Shown here: positions 35,832 through 46,450 of the stretch, in pieces
How the letters are laid out: every line of letters starts with the position of its first letter
Numbering within the stretch: the first letter of the stretch is position 1
Assembly (NCBI GenBank): GCA_964480475.1
Contig: CAYZPW010000004.1
Coordinates: 1-58,715, forward strand
DNA length: 58,715 bases
DNA from: an uncultured bacterium
Lineage (GTDB): Bacteria; B130-G9
Direction: 5' to 3'
Notes under the pieces: generated by a model
What the model was told of the DNA's origin: nothing
Seen by the model: only the letters and a program-made list of their open reading frames with translations
Database searches by the model: none
Made by a program: the position numbers and the translations under genes

Positions 35832-37355
35832 TCAGTCCTTCTCACCAAAAACCTGCGCCGAAAACACGTAAATCGTGGCGCCCTTCTTGTAGGCGTCCTT
35901 GGGCAGGCCGGCCTTGCGACACGTCTGCTCCAGGAACGTTATCTTGTCCCAGCCGTTCTCCGTGGCTACCTGCGGCAGGAGCACACCTCTGAACGGGCCC
36001 TGCTCAATCTCAAGCCCGTGAACCCCGACCTCTATCTCATCGATACTGTCGATCTTCGATAAATCGGACAGGACCGAAATCTCGATATCCATATCGCTCG
36101 TCTCGGAAAGGCTCATCGGCGGGAACCGCGGGTCCTGCGTCGCGGCAGCAACCGCCATCTGCTGAACGATTTTGTAAAGCGGCTCCGAGACCGGCGAGAA
36201 ACGCCCGATGCAGCCCCGAAGCGACCCGTGCCGCTTAATCGTCACAAAAGCCCCTCGCTGCATCTTGAGCCTCTTTGAATCGACCTCGACCTTGGGTACA
36301 CGGCGATGCCTCACGTACTCCACAATCGTGTCCCTTGCTATAGCAAGCAACTGCTGCTTCTCAGCGTCGCTTAACTGTTCATCCATACCGGTGCTCCTAT
36401 CATTTACCTTCATCTTGCCCGATGGGATTGAAACTGCAAGGCTGCAATAGCCCACAACCGCATCTTTGCCTCCGGCGGTATCTCCTGAGTTCGCCAATTT
36501 GAGACCCACCATGGCCTTTGCGCCGAGCCCCTTGGCGACCTTCGCCAGCGTCAGCACGGCCGCACCGCCGCAGAGCTCAATCGTCCCGCTTACGAGGCCC
36601 TTCTCAAGCGCGGCGATGTCCAGCCTCTCAAGAACCTTGAACGAAGCCTCGTCGATGCGCTGCGCCTCGTCATAGGGACGGAAGTGCGACATGTCGCTGC
36701 TGGCTATGATGATGACGTCATCTCGGTCGGATAAGAGCTTCGTCAGAATTGAGGCGAGCTGCTCCGCTTGCGAGGCGTCGTTCAGCAGGACAGGCACGAT
36801 CTTGCAGCCTGTCTTGAGCGAACGCTGCAAGAACGGCAGCTGCGACTCGAGCGAATGTTCCCTTTCGTGCGCCCGGGGCACGTATCGAAACTTCCCATTC
36901 GACGCCCTGATTATCTGCTCCGCCAGTTGCTTGTCATTCGCCAGAACTCCGAGCGGCGTCCGATAATCCTGCACGTTGTTGACCGAAACACAACTAAGTG
37001 GGGAGCGGTGCGACGGCCCAATGATTATCACGGTCTTGATCTTCTGGCCCGATTCCTTCAGCAACCGATACCCGTATGCCGCAACGGGGCCAGAATAGAC
37101 GAATCCGGCGTGCGGTGAGACGATACCGATCAGCCGACCTTCGGCCTTCGGCAATCCCTTCGCGCCGTTCAGATAGCCGTCAACCAGCCGCTCCAGCTTC
37201 TCCTTTCCAAACGGATACCATTGACCGGCAAATACCGCCGGCCTCACCTCCCTCTGCGAAGCGGGTTTCACATCGATGGTGCTGGCCTCTGTTGCCTCTC
37301 CCATGGCGAAAACGTTGACCGCGCAAACCGTCATCAGCACGATTGCAGCCGTCAT
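35832..37355 (-). CDS. amrB: AmmeMemoRadiSam protein B (MEMO1-like) and protein A (AMMECR1-like) fusion with signal-peptide-like N-terminus
   Basis: VRPAVFAGQWYP, PHAGFVYSG, EHSLE, SSDMSHF, CGG; then GAFVTI, LRGCIG, DPRF, GVLLPQV; start reassigned to ATG 37355. Confidence 0.9.
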   Translation of the reverse strand: MTAAIVLMTVCAVNVFAMGEATEASTIDVKPASQREVRPAVFAGQWYPFGKEKLERLVDGYLNGAKGLPKAEGRLIGIVSPHAGFVYSGPVAAYGYRLLKESGQKIKTVIIIGPSHRSPLSCVSVNNVQDYRTPLGVLANDKQLAEQIIRASNGKFRYVPRAHEREHSLESQLPFLQRSLKTGCKIVPVLLNDASQAEQLASILTKLLSDRDDVIIIASSDMSHFRPYDEAQRIDEASFKVLERLDIAALEKGLVSGTIELCGGAAVLTLAKVAKGLGAKAMVGLKLANSGDTAGGKDAVVGYCSLAVSIPSGKMKVNDRSTGMDEQLSDAEKQQLLAIARDTIVEYVRHRRVPKVEVDSKRLKMQRGAFVTIKRHGSLRGCIGRFSPVSEPLYKIVQQMAVAAATQDPRFPPMSLSETSDMDIEISVLSDLSKIDSIDEIEVGVHGLEIEQGPFRGVLLPQVATENGWDKITFLEQTCRKAGLPKDAYKKGATIYVFSAQVFGEKD

Positions 37356-37543
37356 CCCATTTACTACAGTAGAACCGCCGTGTTTCCCCGTTTTCCAGAC
37401 CGTTATTTCCCGAAAAAAGCTGCCAACTAACACTTCTTTCTTCCCTTTTTCCTTTTGTCCTTTTGTCACTTTCTCCCCTCTCCCTTTAAGGAGAGCTCTT
37501 ACCGGAGTTGTTCTAATGACTTCCACCAATTATCATAGTTCGC

Positions 37544-38497
37544 GTGGTGAAAAACGTAAAGGCCTCACTCTTCGTTCTTGCCCTGGCAGTTGCCACGACA
37601 CTCGCTCACGGTCAGAACTACGCCATCATGCCGGGCCAATCTCACCAAACTGAGCATTTCATAGTATATTACCCAAGGCCGCTTGAGGGCCTCGCAAGGT
37701 CGATGGCAGGGATTGTCGAGGCTGCGTTCGCAGCGACCTGCAACCAGATGAGCGTCAAGCCGTTCAGGTCGAACACGGTCTTCATCTGCGATTCTGACCG
37801 CGACTTCGAGCAGTTTCATCCGTCCGTCGGCGAGAGCTGGATTTTGGGCTTCACCGTGCCAATGAAGCGGAAGATAGTCGTGAGGTCGCCGTCGCTGGCG
37901 AAAACGAGCCGAGAACAGTTCATCAAGACGCTCAAGCACGAGGTCTCGCACCTCGTCCTGCATCACGCCGTCGGAAAGAACCACAAACTGCTCCCGCGAT
38001 GGTTCGACGAGGGCATGGCTATGCTCAACGCCGGCCAGTGGGAGTGGCTCGACAGCTGGGCGCTCTTCAGGATGGTCATATTCTCCGAGCCGATCCCTTT
38101 CTCGACGCTCCATGATACGTTCCCCGCCGGCGCGACCGACGCGCGCCTCGCCTACGCCCAGAGCTACAACTTCTGCCTTTTCCTTCAAACGACGCTGAAG
38201 AGGCGCCGGTTTGCTGCGCTGATTGCAGGGCTGAGAGAGGGCGTGCCGCTTGAGGCGCAGCTCGCGAGGTTGTTCGGCGTGCCGTTCGCGCGCATTCAGA
38301 AGGCGTGGTATGAAAAAGTCCGCGACAAATACGGCGTCTATCCACTACTCACAAGCGCCGGTATCTTCTGGTTCCTGGTTACGCTCCTGATGCTCATCGC
38401 ATACTTGCGCAAGCGCCGCGCGGCCAAGGAGCGCCTCGCCGAGATGCAGGCTGAGGACGAGTTCGTCGATCACGTCCTGGACGGCAAGTATCACTAG
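37544..38497 (+). CDS. Peptidase MA-like zinc metallopeptidase with C-terminal TM helix
   Basis: Signal peptide, KHEVSH (HExxH), PRWFDEGMA, AYAQS. Confidence 0.85.
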   Translation: MVKNVKASLFVLALAVATTLAHGQNYAIMPGQSHQTEHFIVYYPRPLEGLARSMAGIVEAAFAATCNQMSVKPFRSNTVFICDSDRDFEQFHPSVGESWILGFTVPMKRKIVVRSPSLAKTSREQFIKTLKHEVSHLVLHHAVGKNHKLLPRWFDEGMAMLNAGQWEWLDSWALFRMVIFSEPIPFSTLHDTFPAGATDARLAYAQSYNFCLFLQTTLKRRRFAALIAGLREGVPLEAQLARLFGVPFARIQKAWYEKVRDKYGVYPLLTSAGIFWFLVTLLMLIAYLRKRRAAKERLAEMQAEDEFVDHVLDGKYH

Positions 38498-38502
38498 CGT
38501 AT

Positions 38503-39131
38503 GTTTCCCCATGGGGAAACGGGCAAAAAGGGAAATGGGCGAAAGGGCGAAAAGGGACCAGGCGCCGGCGCCTCGCTTTCGTGTTCCTTGGTGTCCTTAG
38601 TGGATCATGGGCTAGAATCAATTGCTGTCATCGACGCGTATTGAGTCATCCATAACCGGGTAACAGGCAGCGGGTACGTCGTGCCCGCACACCGTCAAGA
38701 TGATGGTTTTTAGTTGAGGCACGGCGGCAGCTCAGGAGTTCTGGGCGTCCCAATAGATTGAGTGGCTTCACAAAAAAATGCTTCTTGATATAGCGGCCAT
38801 CTTATTATAATGTGTTTGATGTGTCTGGCCGGGGCCGACTTGTTATTCATAGTGAGCATCCCCTCTTTGAAGCGAGCTTGAGACAAGGTAAGGCAGGTTA
38901 CGGCAAGGTTTCGCATGGTTGCCTTGGACGTAGATTTGCTGGTCCCGGCCCCAAAACCTCACAGCTATTCGCATCTTCAAAATAACCAAACACCTTTATC
39001 TCGATCCGCCCGGATGTCCCGACCCGAATGCCGACCATGGCCGCCTTTGGAGCGTTTCCAGCGAGCGTTGCCGACTCCCCTTTTTCCTTTTTTCCCTTTT
39101 TCCTTTTCTCCCGTTTCCCCAATGGGGAAAC
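38503..39131. repeat. Imperfect ~55-bp inverted repeats (38503-38556 and 39077-39131) bracketing a 630-bp intergenic segment
   Basis: Both outer ends carry the palindrome GTTTCCCCAT(T)GGGGAAAC, followed inward by GGG(A/C)GAAAA-type arrays. Confidence 0.65.
38813..38981 (+). ncRNA. Candidate 6S-like rod-shaped RNA
   Basis: Follows TATAAT (38806-38811); nested pairings GATGTG/CGCATC, GGCCGGGGCC/GGTCCCGGCC, CAAGGTAA/TTGCCTTG; about 170 nt with no convincing ORF. Confidence 0.4.
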
Positions 39132-39219
39132 TCCTCAACCTCTCACCTTGACACTTGATCTGGGTCTGGCTTATATAGAGCCTCCTTATGAAACGATGAC
39201 TGAAGCTGTGAGGTGGATT

Positions 39220-39765
39220 ATGGAGCGGGACGAGGCGTATAAGCTGGTCAAACAGAACGTCAAGAATCGGAACCTTGTGAAGCACATGCTGGCGACCGAG
39301 GCGGTCATGGCGGCGCTTGCTGAGCGTTTTGGCGAGGATGCGAAGGTTTGGGGGCTTGCTGGGCTGCTTCACGACGTCGATTACGACAGCACATTCGACG
39401 ACTTTCCGCGGCATGGATTCGTGTCGGCGGAGATTCTGGAAGCGAAGGGCGTCGGCGAGGCGATTCTTCACGCGATCAAGGCGCATCCGGGGCATATCCC
39501 GGCCGAGACGAGGATGGCAAAGGCGCTCTACGCGGTCGATCCGCTAACCGGGCTTATCGTTGCGGCGGCTCTGATACATCCCGACAAGAAGCTCGGTTCA
39601 ATCGACGGGCAGTTCGTCCTCAATCGCTTCAAGGAGAAGCTCTTTGCGAAGGGTGCGAACAGAGACCAGATCAAAACCTGCGAGCGGCTCGGAATGACGC
39701 TTCAGGAGTTCGTTGAGGTAGCACTTTCGGCGATGCAGGGCGTCAGCAACGAGCTGGGCCTGTAA
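39220..39765 (+). CDS. HD (HDIG) domain metal-dependent phosphohydrolase
   Basis: KHMLATE, GLLHDVDY, HG, IKAH, D; start reassigned to ATG 39220; TTGACA-18-TATATA at 39148-39177. Confidence 0.9.
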   Translation: MERDEAYKLVKQNVKNRNLVKHMLATEAVMAALAERFGEDAKVWGLAGLLHDVDYDSTFDDFPRHGFVSAEILEAKGVGEAILHAIKAHPGHIPAETRMAKALYAVDPLTGLIVAAALIHPDKKLGSIDGQFVLNRFKEKLFAKGANRDQIKTCERLGMTLQEFVEVALSAMQGVSNELGL

Positions 39766-39927
39766 CAGAGGGAGATTGGTTAGAGGGTGAAACCACGAAT
39801 ACACACGAATAGATTCAGGTAATGTGGAAGTTCAAGATGAAGCACGCAACTCGGCTCTCCACTTCCCGCTAGACACAAACAGCCCGGCTAAGTTGGAACT
39901 CGAGACTTGCAGCTTGGAACTCTCCCC

Positions 39928-39956
39928 TTGACACAAATCGGGATGCTCCATAGATT
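39928..39956 (+). promoter_or_regulatory. Sigma70-type promoter of tRNA-Phe (possibly also eno-gpsA)
   Basis: TTGACA-17 nt-TAGATT ending about 20 bp before the tRNA. Confidence 0.55.
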
Positions 39957-39977
39957 TGGCTTTGGGTGAATGACGAT

Positions 39978-40050
39978 GCCGAGATAGCTCAGTTGGTAGA
40001 GCGAAGGACTGAAAATCCTTAGGTCCGCAGTTCGATTCTGCGTCTCGGCA
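39978..40050 (+). tRNA. tRNA-Phe(GAA), CCA not encoded
   Basis: GCCGAGA/TCTCGGC acceptor stem, TAGCTCAGTTGGTAGAGC D arm, CTGAAAA anticodon loop, GTTCGATT T loop. Confidence 0.97.
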
Positions 40051-40115
40051 TTTTCCTTTTTGCTGTTTTGATTTCATCACTAAGACCCTTGTCAATTCAA
40101 TCAATTAAGAGGTGA

Positions 40116-41396
<1,281 letters not shown>

Positions 41397-41460
41397 TCCA
41401 AAGTCCAAAGCCGAGAGTTTCAAGTTTCAAGTTCCAGGTTTCAAGTTTCAACCTTCAAGT
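41397..41460 (+). repeat. Heptamer tandem repeats (AGTCCAA, GTTTCAA)
   Basis: agtccaa agtccaa ... gtttcaa gtttcaa gttccag gtttcaa gtttcaa. Confidence 0.7.
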
Positions 41461-41522
41461 TGAAGGACTGACAGGGTGTCTCGGCAACCATTGAGCTGTT
41501 CGTTGAGGGAACTGATTAAGAA

Positions 41523-42545
41523 ATGACTGCGGTGAAGCGTGAGGATGTAGCAATCCTCGGCGGCGGGAGCTGGGGCACGGCGCTTGCGCATCTGCTTTCG
41601 GGAAGCGGTCACAACGTCTCGTTGTGGGTGTTTGAGGCGGACCTCGCGGAGCAGATACGGGCCACGAGGGTGAATCGGCTGTTCTTGCCGGAGATAGCGC
41701 TTTCTGAGTCGTTGTTCGTAACAAATGACATGCAGGAGGCTCTTCGTGGCAAGGACGTCGTCATATCGATGGGCCCCTCGGCGTTCGCCAGGAGTGTCTG
41801 TTCCCAGGCGGCGCCCTTCGTGTCGGATGACGCTGTCGTGCTGAACGCGGCAAAGGGGCTTGAGCCGCAGACGCTCAAGCGGATGTCGGAGCTTTTGGAA
41901 GAGGTTTTCCCGAAAGTCGGGCCAGAGAGTATAGCGACGCTTTCGGGGCCCACGTTCGCCAAGGAGCTCGCGCGATGTCGGCCCACAGCAGCGGTGGTCG
42001 GTTGCAGGAACGTCAAGACGGCGAAACGGTTTCAGAAGATGCTCTCGTGTCGCTATTTCAGGCTCTACACCAACAGCGATATCGTCGGCGTGGAGTTCGG
42101 CGGGGCCCTCAAGAACATCATTGCCATCGCCTCTGGCATCGTCGATGGCCTCGGCCTCGGGCCAAACACGCAGGCCGCTCTTATAACGCGAGGGCTTTCT
42201 GAGATCACACGGCTCGGAGCGGCCAACGGCGCCAAGCTTGTGACTTTCCAGGGACTCTCCGGCATGGGCGATCTGGTTCTGACTTGCACGAGCAGGCTCA
42301 GCCGCAACTACAGAGTTGGGCTGGAGCTGGCGCACGGGAAACGGCTCAAAGAGATTCTTGCGGGAATGAAGATGGTCGCGGAGGGCGTGGGGACGAGCAG
42401 GTCGGCGCTCCAGCTGTCCAAAATGTGCAACGTAGAGATGCCGATCACGAGGCAGATGTCCGAGGTCCTGTTTGAGAATAAGGACCCAGACGAGGCGATC
42501 AACGACCTCATGACCCGCCCACTGAAGGCGGAGATGAACTTGTAG
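41523..42545 (+). CDS. gpsA: NAD(P)H-dependent glycerol-3-phosphate dehydrogenase
   Basis: GGGSWGTALA, KGLE, LSGPTFA, GGALKNIIAI, SGMGDLVLTC, SRN, AEG. Confidence 0.97.
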   Translation: MTAVKREDVAILGGGSWGTALAHLLSGSGHNVSLWVFEADLAEQIRATRVNRLFLPEIALSESLFVTNDMQEALRGKDVVISMGPSAFARSVCSQAAPFVSDDAVVLNAAKGLEPQTLKRMSELLEEVFPKVGPESIATLSGPTFAKELARCRPTAAVVGCRNVKTAKRFQKMLSCRYFRLYTNSDIVGVEFGGALKNIIAIASGIVDGLGLGPNTQAALITRGLSEITRLGAANGAKLVTFQGLSGMGDLVLTCTSRLSRNYRVGLELAHGKRLKEILAGMKMVAEGVGTSRSALQLSKMCNVEMPITRQMSEVLFENKDPDEAINDLMTRPLKAEMNL

Positions 42546-42845
42546 AGCCGACCTTCTGCCTGAGCTGGCCTCACTCCTTCTACTGCCGAATGCAGCCGGC
42601 CGGCTCGGCCCCTATGCAGGTTCGCCTCGCCAGGCAGGTTTTCGAGCCTGGCATCGTCCAATGGGCGATGTGGGGCAATAGGTCAATAGGGCAATAGGTC
42701 AAAAGGTCAACTGCCAACCCCTACATCAGCCCTCGAGCATATCGGGCCAATCTCAGACCACGCCCCTAATATGAATTCCTTTTGTCCCTTTCTCCTCTTT
42801 TCCTTTTCTCCCCTCCGACTTTCCGCCTCCAAAGCGAGCAAGCGT

Positions 42846-42928
42846 CCCAACTGGAGGCGAGCTCGGCACGTGCGAGCCGTCAAAGTTCGCCCGCGGGTGA
42901 AAAGAGCTATGGGAGCGGAGGCTCTCCG
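42846..42928. repeat. Dispersed repeat family (CCCAACTGGAGGCGAGCTC...TGGGAGCGGAGGCTCTCCG), copy 1
   Basis: Second copy at 46247-46346; overlaps the last codons and stop of the 42907..45078 gene. Confidence 0.7.
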
Positions 42929-45078
42929 TCGAATGTGAACGGCGCGGTTGCGATGTCGGTTATCATGTTGAACGTGCCTTGCTCGAACATGGCCGTCATC
43001 CAGGTGTAATCGCCCCCATAGAAATCCGGCGGGAAATCGTATATCAGGACGAAGACCATCGGGACCGTAGTGCCCGACGGGAGCATCCCACTCATGAACG
43101 GCTCTGGCATGTCCCCGCCCGGGTAGTAGAACAGCGAGCCGTCCGGCAGCTGACACGCCACCTGGATGTCGATCAACACGTCCGGGCCAGGGTTCTCGTA
43201 TGTCAGCGCGACCGTCATCGTGTCGCCCGCGTGATAGAGCTCTGCGTCCGTCGAGATGGTTATCGTCGGCTTCGCCGGCTGGAGGCCCGACTCGCGGCAT
43301 ACCAGCCCGGTCGGCGTTGCGAACCACACGTCACCGTTGGGCGCGGCGGAGATGTCGCGTATCTTGTTCGCCGGAAACCCGGTATCGGTGTCCCACATGG
43401 TCCACTCGTTCCGGTCGAAATAACCAAGCCCGTCGTCTGTGCCGACCCAGATATTGTTCGCCCCGTCGCACTCGATGCAGTTGATCCAATTTGACGGCAG
43501 GCCGTCATCGACCGTGTACCAAGCGAGTTCATTCTCGCCGTCGAACTCCAGGACACCCATCGTACTGACATCAAAACCTATCCAGAGCAGGCCGTCGTTG
43601 TCGCAGGCGATTGTGCTTGCCCAGGGATACTCAGGCCGCCAATCAACGAGTGCGTCGTTTTGCAGCACAGCGATGCCCTGATCGGTGCCGACCCACACCT
43701 TTCCCTCCAGGTCAGAAGCGATAGACAAAGGGCGGATAGACGGTGATGCGCCCCAAACGCTCCACGACTGCCAGGTGTTATTCGCGTTGTGTTTGGCCAC
43801 ACCGCCGGCACAACATATCCACATATTGTCGTTCATATCCCGGCAAATGTCCTTGCAAGAGTCAAGTCCTATGCCACCGGTACCTGCTCTGCGATAGTCG
43901 ATCATCATGCCTCGCCACACCTTTAGATTCGAGCTGCACGCCAGCCAGATTGACTCGCCGGGACCGAACTCGATGTCGCGAACCTCCCAGCCGTATGTGA
44001 TCTCGGGTTGATATATCACCTCCCATCGGGAGCCGTCGTGGTAGCCAAGCTGACCGCTGCCCGTCCCGTAGAAGAGCTGGCCCCGATCGTTTACCGCCAC
44101 CGATGATATATCATTGTTAATGACCGAGCTCTCAGCGCCCGTGTAGCAGCTCCATAGGCCATTCTTGTATCGAGCGAGCCCTGCCGTGGTTGTGAAATAG
44201 ACGGAGCCATCCGCTCCTGAGGCTATCCCACCGATTCCGTTGGAGGGCAGGCCGCTGTTCAACGTGTTAAAGACGGTCCAATTCTCCCCATCGAACATCG
44301 AGACTCCCACAGGCAGAAAGTCTCCAACCCATACCCGGCCCAGGATGTCAACGTCCAGGTATTCCGGCCAATTGCCTGCCAGGCCGTCTGACATGACATA
44401 CGACCGCACAAACTCCCCATCCTGGAACACACTCACTTTCTCGGTAATCCCCCCCGCGAGCCACACCTCGCCCGGCGACCGAGCGGCCATATCGTCGACC
44501 AGACCAACGTGTTGCTCAAACAGGGTCCACTCTCCGTCGTGGTATCTGGCCAGGACGTCACTAAAGACGAACCAGCCGGTCCCGTCAGCCTCAAAACAGA
44601 TTTCCCTGGCTAATTTCGTCAATGGGCAGTCGGATACCTCATCCCATACCCCATTCTCAAAGCGCATCAGCACCCAGACCCAGCCCTGACCCTCTTTTCG
44701 ACGCACGCTGGCCCAGACGGGGCCGTCAGGCGAGGCTGCCAGCTCCCGTACGGAGCCCTCCAACATATAGACCCTGGTCTCGCCCTGATAGAGGCGCCAG
44801 GGGTGGCTGGAGCAGAACCAGACGCCATCGAAGGCATCTACCACGACGCTCCCGGAGTCGGACGTTGGCAGCTTGTAACTCACTATCTCCTCTGTGGACG
44901 GATCGAAACCTTTCATATCCGACCCGAGCTGATACCAAACCACGCCGTGCGAATCCACGGCGGCGTGCCCTCCGCCCACCAAGGGATTCTGGTAGAGCGT
45001 AAACTCCTGCGCGAACGCGATTGACACAACAAGCAAAGCAGCAAATAGAAAACATGCAGCAATTCTCATCTTAAGCAC
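42907..45078 (-). CDS. Exported Reg_prop-type beta-propeller protein with shared terminal module
   Basis: Signal peptide; repeats NSGLPSNGI, GLPSNWI, VWVGT..G; C-terminal YHAGD..IDIQVACQLPDGSLFYYP module. Confidence 0.85.
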   Translation of the reverse strand: MLKMRIAACFLFAALLVVSIAFAQEFTLYQNPLVGGGHAAVDSHGVVWYQLGSDMKGFDPSTEEIVSYKLPTSDSGSVVVDAFDGVWFCSSHPWRLYQGETRVYMLEGSVRELAASPDGPVWASVRRKEGQGWVWVLMRFENGVWDEVSDCPLTKLAREICFEADGTGWFVFSDVLARYHDGEWTLFEQHVGLVDDMAARSPGEVWLAGGITEKVSVFQDGEFVRSYVMSDGLAGNWPEYLDVDILGRVWVGDFLPVGVSMFDGENWTVFNTLNSGLPSNGIGGIASGADGSVYFTTTAGLARYKNGLWSCYTGAESSVINNDISSVAVNDRGQLFYGTGSGQLGYHDGSRWEVIYQPEITYGWEVRDIEFGPGESIWLACSSNLKVWRGMMIDYRRAGTGGIGLDSCKDICRDMNDNMWICCAGGVAKHNANNTWQSWSVWGASPSIRPLSIASDLEGKVWVGTDQGIAVLQNDALVDWRPEYPWASTIACDNDGLLWIGFDVSTMGVLEFDGENELAWYTVDDGLPSNWINCIECDGANNIWVGTDDGLGYFDRNEWTMWDTDTGFPANKIRDISAAPNGDVWFATPTGLVCRESGLQPAKPTITISTDAELYHAGDTMTVALTYENPGPDVLIDIQVACQLPDGSLFYYPGGDMPEPFMSGMLPSGTTVPMVFVLIYDFPPDFYGGDYTWMTAMFEQGTFNMITDIATAPFTFDGEPPLP

Positions 45079-45140
45079 CTCGTTGTTTTAGTGTGATGGT
45101 AGGGGGACCGGCAAGGGCCGGCCCCCCGAGTTAGCTTTCT

Positions 45141-45545
45141 CTAGCTTCCGCAGTCTCCGGTGTTGAAATGGTCGCCGCAGCACTCTTCCTCGCAGTCTGC
45201 ACACCGGAAGTAGTAGTAATAGACGGTGTTCGGGTTCAGTTCAAGCGTCCCAGCATACTGCGTACAGATCGGATATGGCGGGCCCGGCGTCTCCAGGCTC
45301 AGCAGGATCCCGATGTAGGGGTCTCCGTTCTGCCCCTTCATATACACGTAAACGTCGTGGCCCATCCCACACTCTCTCGAGTGGTCCACCGTGAAATGCC
45401 AGTCACAGGTCTCAACGGCCTGAAGTGCATTGCCATTGCAGATGCAATGGTCTTCTCCACAGCAGCCGGACGCCCAGACATAGGCCACGATCCCAGCAGC
45501 AATGACCAAACAGACTGACAGAACTATGAGAGACTTCTTCGACAT
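45141..45545 (-). CDS. Small exported cysteine-rich protein
   Basis: AAGGAG RBS, signal peptide, 12 Cys in the ~109-aa mature part. Confidence 0.75.
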   Translation of the reverse strand: MSKKSLIVLSVCLVIAAGIVAYVWASGCCGEDHCICNGNALQAVETCDWHFTVDHSRECGMGHDVYVYMKGQNGDPYIGILLSLETPGPPYPICTQYAGTLELNPNTVYYYYFRCADCEEECCGDHFNTGDCGS

Positions 45546-45576
45546 TATCTTCTCCTTTACTTGGAAGTCACAGTTT

Positions 45577-45810
45577 GGTAGGTTTCCCTACACCTTTTTT
45601 GCCGAGCGGCCCACGCCGCTCTGGCTTGCCGGCTGGGAGGCGTAATGCCTCCTGGTCGGCTTTTTCATCTCGGGAATCGTCGAGATGAAACATCTGCGCG
45701 GTGTGGATAGGTGGGCCTCGTGCGGTCGGGTCCGCCGTCGCCGGCTTGTCCTGCGTAGCTAGTGCGAAGGAGGAGGCTATGGCGGACAAGAAGGAATAGC
45801 GCTGCACTAG
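45577..45810 (-). other. Multi-hairpin structured region upstream of the Cys-rich gene
   Basis: Five stems at 45577-45594, 45604-45621, 45628-45660, 45663-45690 and 45759-45810; TTGACA-16-TATTCT on the minus strand at 45905-45932. Confidence 0.45.
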
Positions 45811-46039
45811 TCCCCCCCAACATCTTGTAGCCATCGAGAATACAAATACACTGTATATCGAGTTCACCGTCATCGTCCAATGCACCTTCTCAAATTATAA
45901 CAGGAGAATACAACTCCAGCATCATCTGTCAAGCTCGAAACGGAGAAAAGGAAAAAGGGACAAGAGGAGAAAGCGCCTTTGGGCAGGCTGTGGCAGACAA
46001 GAAGAGGCGAAAAGGCGAAGAGGCGAAAAGGCGATTGAT

Positions 46040-46144
46040 GTAGGGGCGGTGTATCAGACCCGCCCGCCACATGAATCCCTGCGGATACGAGGCATCTTAT
46101 GCGACCACCAATTGGAGAGGGCGGGTCAAAGACCGCGCCCCTAC
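46040..46144. repeat. GTAG REP doublet, copy 4
   Basis: Same arms and spacer; shares the downstream tail GACTTAT.GGACAGCCTCTG with copy 3. Confidence 0.88.
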
Positions 46145-46246
46145 ACAACCACAACGACTTATAGGACAGCCTCTGAAGACCCGGCCCACTCGGCATTAGC
46201 CGCGTATCGAATCACCGGCCCTCGGCCTTTGAGGACGAACAGACAG

Positions 46247-46406
46247 CCCAACTGGAGGCGAGCTCCCATCGGGTGCGAGCCGTCCCAGTTGATTCAAGGC
46301 ATGAAGCATGTATGGGAGCGGAGGCTCTCCGTGCGGAGGCTCTCCGCCGCTATGGATTGGCCCTTTCGTCCCGTTGATCGTAGGCAGGCTGGAAAGCCCG
46401 CCTCAC
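46247..46406. repeat. Mosaic of dispersed repeats (copy 2 of the 42846 family; REP 46380-46406 of the GT2-insert family)
   Basis: Direct sequence match to 42846-42928; GTGAGGCGGGCTTTCCAGCCTGCCTAC on the minus strand. Confidence 0.7.
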
Positions 46407-46450
46407 GCTTCCTTGCCGGGTCATGCCAGTTATGACACGCTTACAGTGAT

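Noticed and set aside
37356-37529. N-terminal extensions of the amrB-A fusion here and of the HD protein (39028-39219)
   Set aside because: They are translations of low-complexity purine/pyrimidine arrays and promoter DNA.
45870-46435. ORFs 45870..46196 and 46049..46435 (likewise 6938..7150, 31753..32026, 48895..49202)
   Set aside because: They are read through REP doublets and share repeat-derived peptides.
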